Notes: generated from the letters alone by a model not told the origin. 64,000 nucleotides of DNA from an uncultured Wocania sp. (GCF_964021735.1 NZ_CAXIBN010000001.1:5-64004); one strand, 5' to 3'. Positions 42,314 through 51,880 are shown, counted from the stretch's first letter. Numbers and translations: made by a program.

Positions 42314-44866
42314 TTAAAAATTTATTCTTAGACTTAAATTTGGGGTTAAACCAAGGGATTTATTATTTATTTGAATAGCTGAGTTAGAGTTCTCTGGATC
42401 TACCTCATAATATCTGTTAATACTGTTTTTCTTATTAATAAGATTAATAACTCCTGCACTTATAGAGGCATTAGTGGTGTTTGAAATATTAAAATTATAT
42501 TTAACAGAAGTATCTAATCTCATGAAATCATCTAAATTTTCATTATTAGGTAAATCATAATTAACTACTGTGTTATTACCATTCTGTATGGTCTCATTTC
42601 CTTCAACTGGTTTTGTATAGGGATGACCAGATCTCCAAATACCACCTATTGATATTTTTAAGTCATCTACAATATCATAATTAAAAGCCAAAGAAAACGA
42701 ATGTCTAATATCTACATTGTTAGGAAAAACGGATGGTGTAAAACTTTCAAATTTGTAATCATTAATACTATAAGTATAACTTAACCATGTACTATATTTA
42801 TTTGCGGTTTTATTTATAAGAAATTCTACTCCTTTTACATGATAACTTCCTTCAGCATTTAAATGTTGAAAATTATTATAAAACCCTTGATTAGAAGCTG
42901 TAATTCCTTCAACAACTTTATAAAAACCTTCTACATCTATTACTAAATTGTTTTGATTAAATTCTAAACCAAAAGACGCTTGTTTACTCTCAGAAATTTT
43001 TATTTCTTTTTCATCGGCTAAAATCCAGCGTCGGTTTTCAACACCTAAAAAATCATCTTGAAAATCTATAATCTGAGTTGCTGATTGGTTTTTAAATTCG
43101 CCTTGTAACTTTAATGCAAAATAATGACTTAGTTTTTGCCTAAAATTTAATCTAGGCTCCATTAAAATTTTATTGAATTTTTGAAAATAATTTCCTCGAA
43201 CTCCTAATCTGAGGTAAGTATTCTGTTTTTTAAATTCTATTTCACTAAAAACTGCATGATTTAACAACACATCCTTTTTAGTTTTATCATAAGAAGGTAC
43301 ACTTACAGTGGTTTCGTTCAAAATACCAATTTCACTAAATTGATAACCACTTAAAAGGTTTAAGTAAGTATTAATTTTTAAATTAGTTTTAAGCTTAATT
43401 CCAGTTTCTAATACTTCATTTGCTTGCGTTAGTTTTTGGTCTGTTTCAATTCTGTAATCAACAGCGTCAACATTATACTTTGAGTAAAACATATTAAAAT
43501 TTGTTGCAAACTTAGTACTCCAACGTGCATTCCAGCTAGCTCCAATACCTAAATTTTGTTGCTTTAAGTTACTGGTTTTAGATTCCGTTTCATCATCAGT
43601 ACTAGTATAACTTTCCGTGTAATCTAAATTATTATTTATGCCAATAATGTTGGCTCTAAATTTATGATTCTCATTAAAATCAAAAAGCAGTTTTGCTGTA
43701 TAATCGTAAAAGAAAAACTCTGACGACTTGTTGCTTTCACTTATATTATCGCTGTTAGTAGTCAACTCACTATCTTGAAAACTACGCTCAAAATAAGTAT
43801 CGTAAGTCGGTGAGTTAAAAACATCTGTAAATGATCGCCTTCCGGATACATGCAATGCCAGTTTTTTACTTAATGGTATTTCAAAAAAAGCATCGGCATG
43901 TATTAAATTAATACCTAAACCGCCAGTAAAAACATCCCCTATTTTGTTTTTTGTTGACATATTAATGGTACTAGAAACACCATCACTAAACTCACTTGAA
44001 GTCCCATTTTTGGTAACTGTAACTTTGTTTGTTAAATAAGGGTTGTAAGCTGATATAAGTCCGAAAAAGTGCCCAGAATGATACATTTTAATATTATCCC
44101 AAAGTATTAAATTTTGGTCATTTGTACCTCCACGAACATTAATGTTTGCAATACTTTCGTTAACACTTTCTACTCCTGGTAAAGCTTGAATAGATTGCAT
44201 AATATCTGGTTCTGTGAGACCCGGTAAAATACCAAACTTCTCCGTATTTAAAACAGTACTCCCATCTATGCGTTTTTGTAAACCAGTGGTTAAAAATTTT
44301 GATATTAAAACCTGATTGAGTTCTTCATTCTTCATTTGCATTTCTATGGTCTTACAAGTATTACTTAATAACATTAAATCCACAGCTTTGAAGATCTGTG
44401 TTTCAAAGCCTAAAAATGATATGATTATCTTTTTACTTATATCAACTTCATTCAAAGTAAAAGTGCCATCAATATCTGAGACAACTCCATTTGTAGAGTT
44501 TTCAATTAAAACCGAAGCCCCAAGTAAAGGTTCTTTATTTTTTTCTGAAACCAAAACACCACAAATAGATATGGTTTTATTAATGGTAGAGACTGTTATA
44601 TAACGCTCGTTGAGGAATTTAAAATTTAAAAGTGTGGTTGCATTTAAATTCTCAATAATTTGATTTAATGTATCAGATTTGTTCGGTGTGTTAACCAAAA
44701 CACCACTTACATCATTTACCGAATAGGAAAACTTAACATCAAATTGTTTTTCTAATTTCTGCATTAAATCCAATAAAGGCATCCTTTCTTCAGTTTGAAA
44801 ACCAAAAGAAAAACAACAATAGATAGAAAATAAAATTAATAAGTATTTAGTTCTTAGCATAGTCAT
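42314..44866 (-). CDS. TonB-dependent receptor with N-terminal STN signalling domain and CarboxypepD_reg domain
   Basis: STN-like 'LLDLMQKLEKQFDVKFSY'. CarboxypepD_reg 'ICGVLVSEKNKEPLLGASVLIENSTNGVVSDIDGTFTL'. Plug 'ALPGVESV ... INVRGG'. Terminal '...LSLRINF'. The start is ambiguous (44860, 44866 or 44887). Confidence 0.85.
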   Translation of the reverse strand: MTMLRTKYLLILFSIYCCFSFGFQTEERMPLLDLMQKLEKQFDVKFSYSVNDVSGVLVNTPNKSDTLNQIIENLNATTLLNFKFLNERYITVSTINKTISICGVLVSEKNKEPLLGASVLIENSTNGVVSDIDGTFTLNEVDISKKIIISFLGFETQIFKAVDLMLLSNTCKTIEMQMKNEELNQVLISKFLTTGLQKRIDGSTVLNTEKFGILPGLTEPDIMQSIQALPGVESVNESIANINVRGGTNDQNLILWDNIKMYHSGHFFGLISAYNPYLTNKVTVTKNGTSSEFSDGVSSTINMSTKNKIGDVFTGGLGINLIHADAFFEIPLSKKLALHVSGRRSFTDVFNSPTYDTYFERSFQDSELTTNSDNISESNKSSEFFFYDYTAKLLFDFNENHKFRANIIGINNNLDYTESYTSTDDETESKTSNLKQQNLGIGASWNARWSTKFATNFNMFYSKYNVDAVDYRIETDQKLTQANEVLETGIKLKTNLKINTYLNLLSGYQFSEIGILNETTVSVPSYDKTKKDVLLNHAVFSEIEFKKQNTYLRLGVRGNYFQKFNKILMEPRLNFRQKLSHYFALKLQGEFKNQSATQIIDFQDDFLGVENRRWILADEKEIKISESKQASFGLEFNQNNLVIDVEGFYKVVEGITASNQGFYNNFQHLNAEGSYHVKGVEFLINKTANKYSTWLSYTYSINDYKFESFTPSVFPNNVDIRHSFSLAFNYDIVDDLKISIGGIWRSGHPYTKPVEGNETIQNGNNTVVNYDLPNNENLDDFMRLDTSVKYNFNISNTTNASISAGVINLINKKNSINRYYEVDPENSNSAIQINNKSLGLTPNLSLRINF

Positions 44867-45761
44867 AGAACTCAACTTTATTGCCATTTATTTTATAGCT
44901 TAATTTAAGCGGAATGGTTACAGACTGCAACGCAATATTTTTATCGACGTGCGTAAAGCTTCCTGAAAAAGCTTTAGTAACATCGACCTTTGAAGCATCA
45001 ATAATTATATTATATTGAATTTCTAATTCATTAATAACTTGCCAAAGTGGCACATTATCAAATGAAGACTCTTTAGCTAACCAAGATGGGTTTTCAGCAT
45101 TAAAGTCTTTAGTTAAATCAATTTCGTTATTAATAACTCTAAATGATTTTCCTGGTGTAAGTATCACTTTTTGTTTATTATGTGTTACACTTACGGAACC
45201 TTCATAACATTGTACTTCAAAATAATTAGAACGCTCTTTTACATTAAATTGTGTACCCAATACTTGAATACTACCGGCATCTGTATTAACTGTAAATTTT
45301 TCGCCTTTTGTTACTTTAAAAAAGGCTTCTCCTTCTAAATCTAGACTTCTGTTATTTTTCCATTCTTTTTTATTAAAGGATAATTTAGATTGTGCATTTA
45401 AAATAACTTCTGAATTGTCTGGCAGATTAAACGTTTCTGTTTGTGCAATTTCAGTTGAATACGATTTTGTATTGTTAAAGAATAAAAAATAAGACGATGT
45501 TAACATAACTACTAAAACAGCAGCTACTTTTAAAAACGATTGAAAATTTAAAGGAATTACTTTAGAAGCTTCTTTCTTAAAAGCTTTAGTTTTAAATTCT
45601 GCTAAAGCTTTTTGAGCATCCACTTTAGGCGTATCAATTTGTTTGGCATAAAAAGCTGTTTTTTCCAATGCTGAAAAGTCTTCATCGGGATATCGCTTTT
45701 TAATTTCAGTAGTAGATATATCACCATTAAACCATTTTAATATGTCGTTTTCTTTGTTCAT
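44847..45761 (-). CDS. FecR-family anti-sigma factor / signal transducer
   Basis: Central TM 'VAAVLVVMLTSSYFLFF'. FecR domain 'LPDNSEVILNAQSKLSF ... LEGEAFFKV ... VLGTQFNV'. C-terminal DUF4974-like tail. Confidence 0.85.
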   Translation of the reverse strand: MNKENDILKWFNGDISTTEIKKRYPDEDFSALEKTAFYAKQIDTPKVDAQKALAEFKTKAFKKEASKVIPLNFQSFLKVAAVLVVMLTSSYFLFFNNTKSYSTEIAQTETFNLPDNSEVILNAQSKLSFNKKEWKNNRSLDLEGEAFFKVTKGEKFTVNTDAGSIQVLGTQFNVKERSNYFEVQCYEGSVSVTHNKQKVILTPGKSFRVINNEIDLTKDFNAENPSWLAKESSFDNVPLWQVINELEIQYNIIIDASKVDVTKAFSGSFTHVDKNIALQSVTIPLKLSYKINGNKVEFYDYAKN

Positions 45762-45780
45762 TTTTAGTTCATTCTATAAA

Positions 45781-45807
45781 TAAGACACCTATATATATAT
45801 TTACCCT
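45781..45807 (-). promoter_or_regulatory. candidate ECF-sigma promoter, copy 1 (AGGGTAAA-N10-GGTGTCTTA), drives fecR and the TonB receptor
   Basis: Perfect match on the minus strand, between the sigma stop (45815) and the fecR ATG (45761). Confidence 0.5.
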
Positions 45808-45814
45808 ACCCTAA

Positions 45815-46330
45815 TTAAATATTTTCTATATGTGCTCTTAATATTTTTAGTGCGCCAGACATTCTTTTTTCAACTGCTTTTTGAGAAACCTCTAATAACT
45901 CAGCTATTTCTCTATATTTTTTTCCGTCTATTCTGTTTAATAAAAACACTTCGCGTTGCGCTTCAGTTAATAATGATATGGCATTTTGTAGTTTCGCTTT
46001 AAACTCTTCTTCTTCTAATAAGTATTCTGGACTCTCATTTGTTTTATCAACATAAGGAGCGGCTTTTGCATACTCTAAAACTACTTTATTATGCTTCACT
46101 TTATTTAAAAACAAATTATTAACTGTAGTAAATAAATATGTTTTTGCCTTTGTAAAATCTATTTTAGAACAATTCTCCCAAATTTTAGAAAATGCATCTT
46201 GAACCAAGTCTAATGCATTATCCTTATCACCACATTTATAGTACGCAAAATTACTAGCATGCTGAATGTTCTCTAAATAAAATGCATTAAAGTAAGTTTC
46301 TTCGCAAAGTTTAAGATCGTTACTATCCAT
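45815..46330 (-). CDS. ECF-type RNA polymerase sigma factor (FecI-like)
   Basis: Region 2 'ALDLVQDAFSKIWEN ... AKTYLFTTVNNLFLNKV'. Region 4 'KKYREIAELLEVSQKAVEKRM'. Adjacent to FecR and the TonB receptor. Confidence 0.85.
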   Translation of the reverse strand: MDSNDLKLCEETYFNAFYLENIQHASNFAYYKCGDKDNALDLVQDAFSKIWENCSKIDFTKAKTYLFTTVNNLFLNKVKHNKVVLEYAKAAPYVDKTNESPEYLLEEEEFKAKLQNAISLLTEAQREVFLLNRIDGKKYREIAELLEVSQKAVEKRMSGALKILRAHIENI

Positions 46331-46371
46331 TAATTGGTAAATATTAAAATTATAAGTTATTATTCTTTTTA

Positions 46372-46379
46372 CAAAAATA
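46372..46379 (-). promoter_or_regulatory. -7 box TATTTTTG for the ECF sigma gene
   Basis: The minus strand reads TATTTTTG, 41 nt upstream of the ATG at 46330. It abuts motif copy 2 on the other strand. Confidence 0.4.
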
Positions 46380-46405
46380 GGGTAAATTAATTTTTAGTTG
46401 TCTTT
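46379..46405 (+). promoter_or_regulatory. candidate ECF-sigma promoter, copy 2 (degenerate: AGGGTAAA-N10-GTTGTCTTT)
   Basis: Same -35-like half and the same 10-nt spacing, with 2 mismatches in the downstream half. Lies 8 nt before the ATG at 46413. Confidence 0.35.
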
Positions 46406-46412
46406 AAGTTAT

Positions 46413-46541
46413 ATGAAACAAAAATATAATATTATGAAATCTGAAACAATTATTAAGATAGTTGAAACTCTATTAAAAATTGTATTGATTGTATGCGTTT
46501 TAGCCTCTATAAATTTAATAACAAAAATTATTTTTAAATAA
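46413..46541 (+). CDS. unannotated small hydrophobic ORF (42 aa; alternative start 46434, 35 aa)
   Basis: MKQKYNIMKSETIIKIVETLLKIVLIVCVLASINLITKIIFK: one predicted TM helix with Lys-rich ends. Sits exactly between motif copies 2 and 3. It is below the ORF-track length cut-off. Confidence 0.3.
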   Translation: MKQKYNIMKSETIIKIVETLLKIVLIVCVLASINLITKIIFK

Positions 46542-46546
46542 AAAGT

Positions 46547-46573
46547 AGGGTAAACTTAAACACAGGTGTCTTA
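46547..46573 (+). promoter_or_regulatory. candidate ECF-sigma promoter, copy 3 (AGGGTAAA-N10-GGTGTCTTA)
   Basis: Perfect match, 65 nt upstream of the ATG at 46638. Confidence 0.5.
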
Positions 46574-46637
46574 CTTATAGAAAGGCGAAAAAATCGCTAT
46601 GAAAAAGAAAAAAATATAAACCCAAAAAATTAGTATT

Positions 46638-47690
46638 ATGAAAACCTTAAAATTATTTACAGCAATCTTATTTCTATCATTTTTAGGATTAACGTCTTGT
46701 CAAGATGAAATTGATAACGAAAATGGACAAAATCCAAACACAAACTCAGCAAACTCAGAAACAGCAAATAACTTAGAACGCTCATCAATGTACGATGGTA
46801 GTTTTGATGACTTTTTAGACGGCATGTCTTGCTCTTCTATTTTATTGCCCGTTACTGCAACAATTAATAACACAGAAATAACTATTGTTAGTGAATCTCA
46901 ATACAACTTAGTTTTAAACATACTTGGAGAGTTTACTAATGATGAGGATTCTATTGAATTTCAATTCCCGCTTTCAGTAAAGTTAAGTAATTATACAGAA
47001 GTACAGATAGCAAATCAAACAGAGTATGATGCACTTATGAATGCTTGCGAACAGGCTGAACAAAATGCTGAAGATGCTATTAATTGTTTAGATATAGATT
47101 TCCCAATAACCATTCTAACTTACAACTTAAACATAGAGCAAACTGGTAGTGTTGTTATTGAGTCTGAAAAACAATTATACACTTACATGAATAACTTTGG
47201 TAATGATGAAAAATTTGCAATTAATTATCCAATAACAGCTACTTTAAATGGAGATACTATAGTAGAAATTACAAGCGATATTGATTTAAAAGCTCAAATT
47301 ACTGAATGTTTAGCTACAGACGAACTTAAAGAAGAGGCTGAAGAAAAGGCTAATACATTAGAAAGCATTTTAGTTGATGGGGCATTTAAAGTAGAATCAT
47401 TTGTAACAGCTGGTGTTGATACAGCTAATGATTATGCTAACTATTCTATAGATTTTGCTAACGATTTAACATGTTTAGCAAAACATACAGTAAATGCAAC
47501 TATTGATGATGTACAAGGTACATATGCCGTAACATCAGAACTTGAAGTATTTTTAAATCTAACTTTTTCAGGAAATGCTACTTTCGAATTATTAAATAAT
47601 ACATGGGAAGTTACAAGCTACTCCGAAAGTTCGATCTCTCTGCAAAGCACAACAAATGCTGCAATAACTCTAGTATTAGCCCAAATATAA
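46638..47690 (+). CDS. hypothetical lipoprotein with internal Cys-bounded repeats
   Basis: Lipobox 'LTSC'. Two roughly 75-aa units, each bounded by Cys and containing two '(F/Y/L)P(I/V/L)(T/S)' sub-repeats (LLPVTATI, FQFPLSVKL, IDFPITILT, INYPITATL). Confidence 0.7.
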   Translation: MKTLKLFTAILFLSFLGLTSCQDEIDNENGQNPNTNSANSETANNLERSSMYDGSFDDFLDGMSCSSILLPVTATINNTEITIVSESQYNLVLNILGEFTNDEDSIEFQFPLSVKLSNYTEVQIANQTEYDALMNACEQAEQNAEDAINCLDIDFPITILTYNLNIEQTGSVVIESEKQLYTYMNNFGNDEKFAINYPITATLNGDTIVEITSDIDLKAQITECLATDELKEEAEEKANTLESILVDGAFKVESFVTAGVDTANDYANYSIDFANDLTCLAKHTVNATIDDVQGTYAVTSELEVFLNLTFSGNATFELLNNTWEVTSYSESSISLQSTTNAAITLVLAQI

Positions 47691-47726
47691 AACTAGATTC
47701 GCATTTGTTACGTATGTTATGGTAAA

Positions 47727-47756
47727 ACAGCTGTCAAGAATAGACAGCTGTTTTTA
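47727..47756 (+). terminator. rho-independent terminator after the repeat lipoprotein gene
   Basis: 9-bp stem acagctgtc/gacagctgt followed by T5. Confidence 0.75.
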
Positions 47757-47775
47757 ACAATTAAAAATAATTATA

Positions 47776-48561
47776 ATGAAACATAAATTTTTAATAACAC
47801 TTTTGCTTTTAGTCTTCATAAATTCATGTTCTAAAGAAGACATAACTAATACAGACCTTAATAATGGTACAGATAATGTAAATATAACTGCGAATCAAAA
47901 AGCAACAGGATCTTCATCTAACGATCTTTTATCTGATAATATATTTAAAAGTATGGTTATTGAAGTTGTTTATGTTGAAGGGTTTGAACCTACCCAAAAT
48001 ACTATTAATAATTTTAAATCATTTTTAGAAGCTCGAACTTTTAAACCTAATGGGATTACTATTGAAAAAAGAGCTATTACACCTACTGGAAAAGCAAAAT
48101 ACACCATTCAAGATATTATAACTATTGAAGATGCAAATAGAACCAAATACAACACGAATAATCAAATAGCCGTTTGGGCATTTTTTGCGGATGGAGAGTC
48201 AGACAAAAACACTAATAATAGTGTTGTTTTAGGCACTGCTTATAGAAACACCTCTTTTGTGATTTTTGAAGAAACTATTAAAAATTTAAGCAATAGTACT
48301 TTTGAACCCGATAGAAGTGTTTTAGAAACAACAGTTATAACACATGAGTTTGGGCATATTTTAGGTCTTACAAACCTGGGTTCAGATATGGTTAATGACC
48401 ATGAAGATTCAGAGCATGCTAAACATTGTAATGTTGAAAGCTGCTTAATGTATTGGTCTGCAGAAACTGGAGATGGTCTATCAAATTTAATTGGAAATAG
48501 TAATGCCCCACAATTAGATTCGCAATGTATAGCTGATTTGCAAGCTAATGGCGGGAAATAA
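47776..48561 (+). CDS. zinc metalloprotease lipoprotein (HExxH; archaemetzincin/M54-like CX4CXM)
   Basis: Lipobox 'INSC'. 'HEFGHILGL' followed by 'KHCNVESCLM'. Confidence 0.6.
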   Translation: MKHKFLITLLLLVFINSCSKEDITNTDLNNGTDNVNITANQKATGSSSNDLLSDNIFKSMVIEVVYVEGFEPTQNTINNFKSFLEARTFKPNGITIEKRAITPTGKAKYTIQDIITIEDANRTKYNTNNQIAVWAFFADGESDKNTNNSVVLGTAYRNTSFVIFEETIKNLSNSTFEPDRSVLETTVITHEFGHILGLTNLGSDMVNDHEDSEHAKHCNVESCLMYWSAETGDGLSNLIGNSNAPQLDSQCIADLQANGGK

Positions 48562-48588
48562 TTTTTTTTAACTCAAAATTATAGAAAT

Positions 48589-49182
48589 ATGAAAACTAAA
48601 TTTTTAACAACAATATTAATTATAACGGTGCTTTTTAATGCAAAAGCACAAGAAAATAAAAACTCAACTAAGTCTAATACTGGTATAAAACTAGGCTATA
48701 ATTTAGCAGCTGTTAATTTTGATGGCGATACTGAAACCGGACAAAGACATGCATTTCATGTGGGTTTTTATGGAGAATCTTTTTTAAACGAAAGTGTTGC
48801 TCTTCAAATTGAATTATTATACTCACAACAAGGTTACGAATTACAAGATAATGGCGGCACTTTTACCCAAAAATTAAATTATATAAATCTACCATTACTA
48901 CTAAAAATATATCCAAGTGAAAACTTTTTTTTAGAAGCTGGTCCTCAAATTGGTTTAGCCATTTCTCATAAAGAAGAGTTTGATAGCAGCTTTGGTTTAT
49001 TTGATACCTCTCAAGAATTTAACCCTAGCAACTATGATTGGGGTATAAACTTAGGTGGTGGTTTTAAAACAAACTCAGGAGTATCTTTAGGCATTCGTTA
49101 TCATATAGGAATGGGTGATGTTTACGACGAAGGAAGTCCAAAAAATAGAGTATGGCAATTCTCATTGGGCTTTGATTTTTAA
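48589..49182 (+). CDS. small outer-membrane beta-barrel (porin-family / OMP_b-brl_2-like) protein
   Basis: Signal peptide ending 'AKAQ'. 'GIKLGYNLA', 'YINLPLLLK', terminal 'WQFSLGFDF'. Lies 27 nt after the protease gene. Confidence 0.75.
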   Translation: MKTKFLTTILIITVLFNAKAQENKNSTKSNTGIKLGYNLAAVNFDGDTETGQRHAFHVGFYGESFLNESVALQIELLYSQQGYELQDNGGTFTQKLNYINLPLLLKIYPSENFFLEAGPQIGLAISHKEEFDSSFGLFDTSQEFNPSNYDWGINLGGGFKTNSGVSLGIRYHIGMGDVYDEGSPKNRVWQFSLGFDF

Positions 49183-49200
49183 ACTTAAGAACTCAAACCA

Positions 49201-49238
49201 AAAAGACCATCAAAACTAATATTTTTGATGGTCTTTTT
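49201..49238 (+). terminator. rho-independent terminator
   Basis: 15-bp stem aaaagaccatcaaaa/ttttgatggtctttt followed by a T run. Confidence 0.8.
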
Positions 49239-49316
49239 ATATATAAACCTACGAGGTTTATTAATCATAGATGTATAATTAAATGACACTTTTCCAATTT
49301 AAATTAAAATAATAGT

Positions 49317-49343
49317 AGGGTAAAAAAGGTTTAAGGTGTCTTA
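49317..49343 (+). promoter_or_regulatory. candidate ECF-sigma promoter, copy 4 (AGGGTAAA-N10-GGTGTCTTA)
   Basis: Perfect match, 43 nt upstream of the ATG at 49386. Confidence 0.5.
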
Positions 49344-49385
49344 ATATTGAAAGTTAATTATTAATAACATTAAAATTATTAAGTC

Positions 49386-49841
49386 ATGAAAATATTTAAA
49401 ACATCAGTATTTATTATTGTTCTAAGTTTTTCATTTGTGATACAAGCTCAAGATTCTGAATCATCAAATGAAACAAAAATTGATAAAAAATCATATTATC
49501 AAAAAAGAGCATTAGAAGATGCTAAATATGAACAACAATTTAGTGCAGCAACTAAAGCAGAAGAAGAAACCTTTTGGAAAGATCAAAAAAATTATGAAAG
49601 TGATTTAAAAAGAAAAGACAGAAAAGCCTATAAAGCTTATATGAAGGGCAAAAAAGATGCCTATGCAGAACATTACGAGCATTGTAGCCATAATTGTCAT
49701 CATAGTGATTACTATTATCACCACGCAACATTTTATTATTACAGGTACGATGGATATTACTATGAGAGATATCCTAGAAGAAGTACTATAAACACAAGAG
49801 TAAACGTAAGTACTCCAAATGTACGTTTAGGATTATTCTAA
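49386..49841 (+). CDS. secreted His/Tyr/Cys-rich protein of unknown function
   Basis: Signal peptide ending 'IQAQ'. Lys/Glu-rich helical middle. C-terminal 'HYEHCSHNCHHSDYYYHHATFYYYRYDGYYYERY'. Confidence 0.65.
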   Translation: MKIFKTSVFIIVLSFSFVIQAQDSESSNETKIDKKSYYQKRALEDAKYEQQFSAATKAEEETFWKDQKNYESDLKRKDRKAYKAYMKGKKDAYAEHYEHCSHNCHHSDYYYHHATFYYYRYDGYYYERYPRRSTINTRVNVSTPNVRLGLF

Positions 49842-49852
49842 ACATTTTACAG

Positions 49853-49896
49853 TAAAAAAAAATAGGCTATCAGAAAAAAGATAGCCTATTTTTTTA
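49853..49896. terminator. bidirectional terminator (His/Tyr-rich gene / gyrB)
   Basis: Stem aataggctatc/gatagcctatt flanked by A8 and T8 runs. Confidence 0.8.
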
Positions 49897-49912
49897 TTTT
49901 ATAAATTATTAT

Positions 49913-51880
<1,968 letters not shown>

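Noticed and set aside
47720-47727. ATGGTAAA (7 of 8 match to the upstream half of the ECF-type motif) before the metalloprotease gene
   Set aside because: The expected downstream half at N10 reads CAAGAATAG (1 of 9 matches). The site also abuts or overlaps by 1 nt the 47727-47756 terminator stem. It is not counted as a motif copy.
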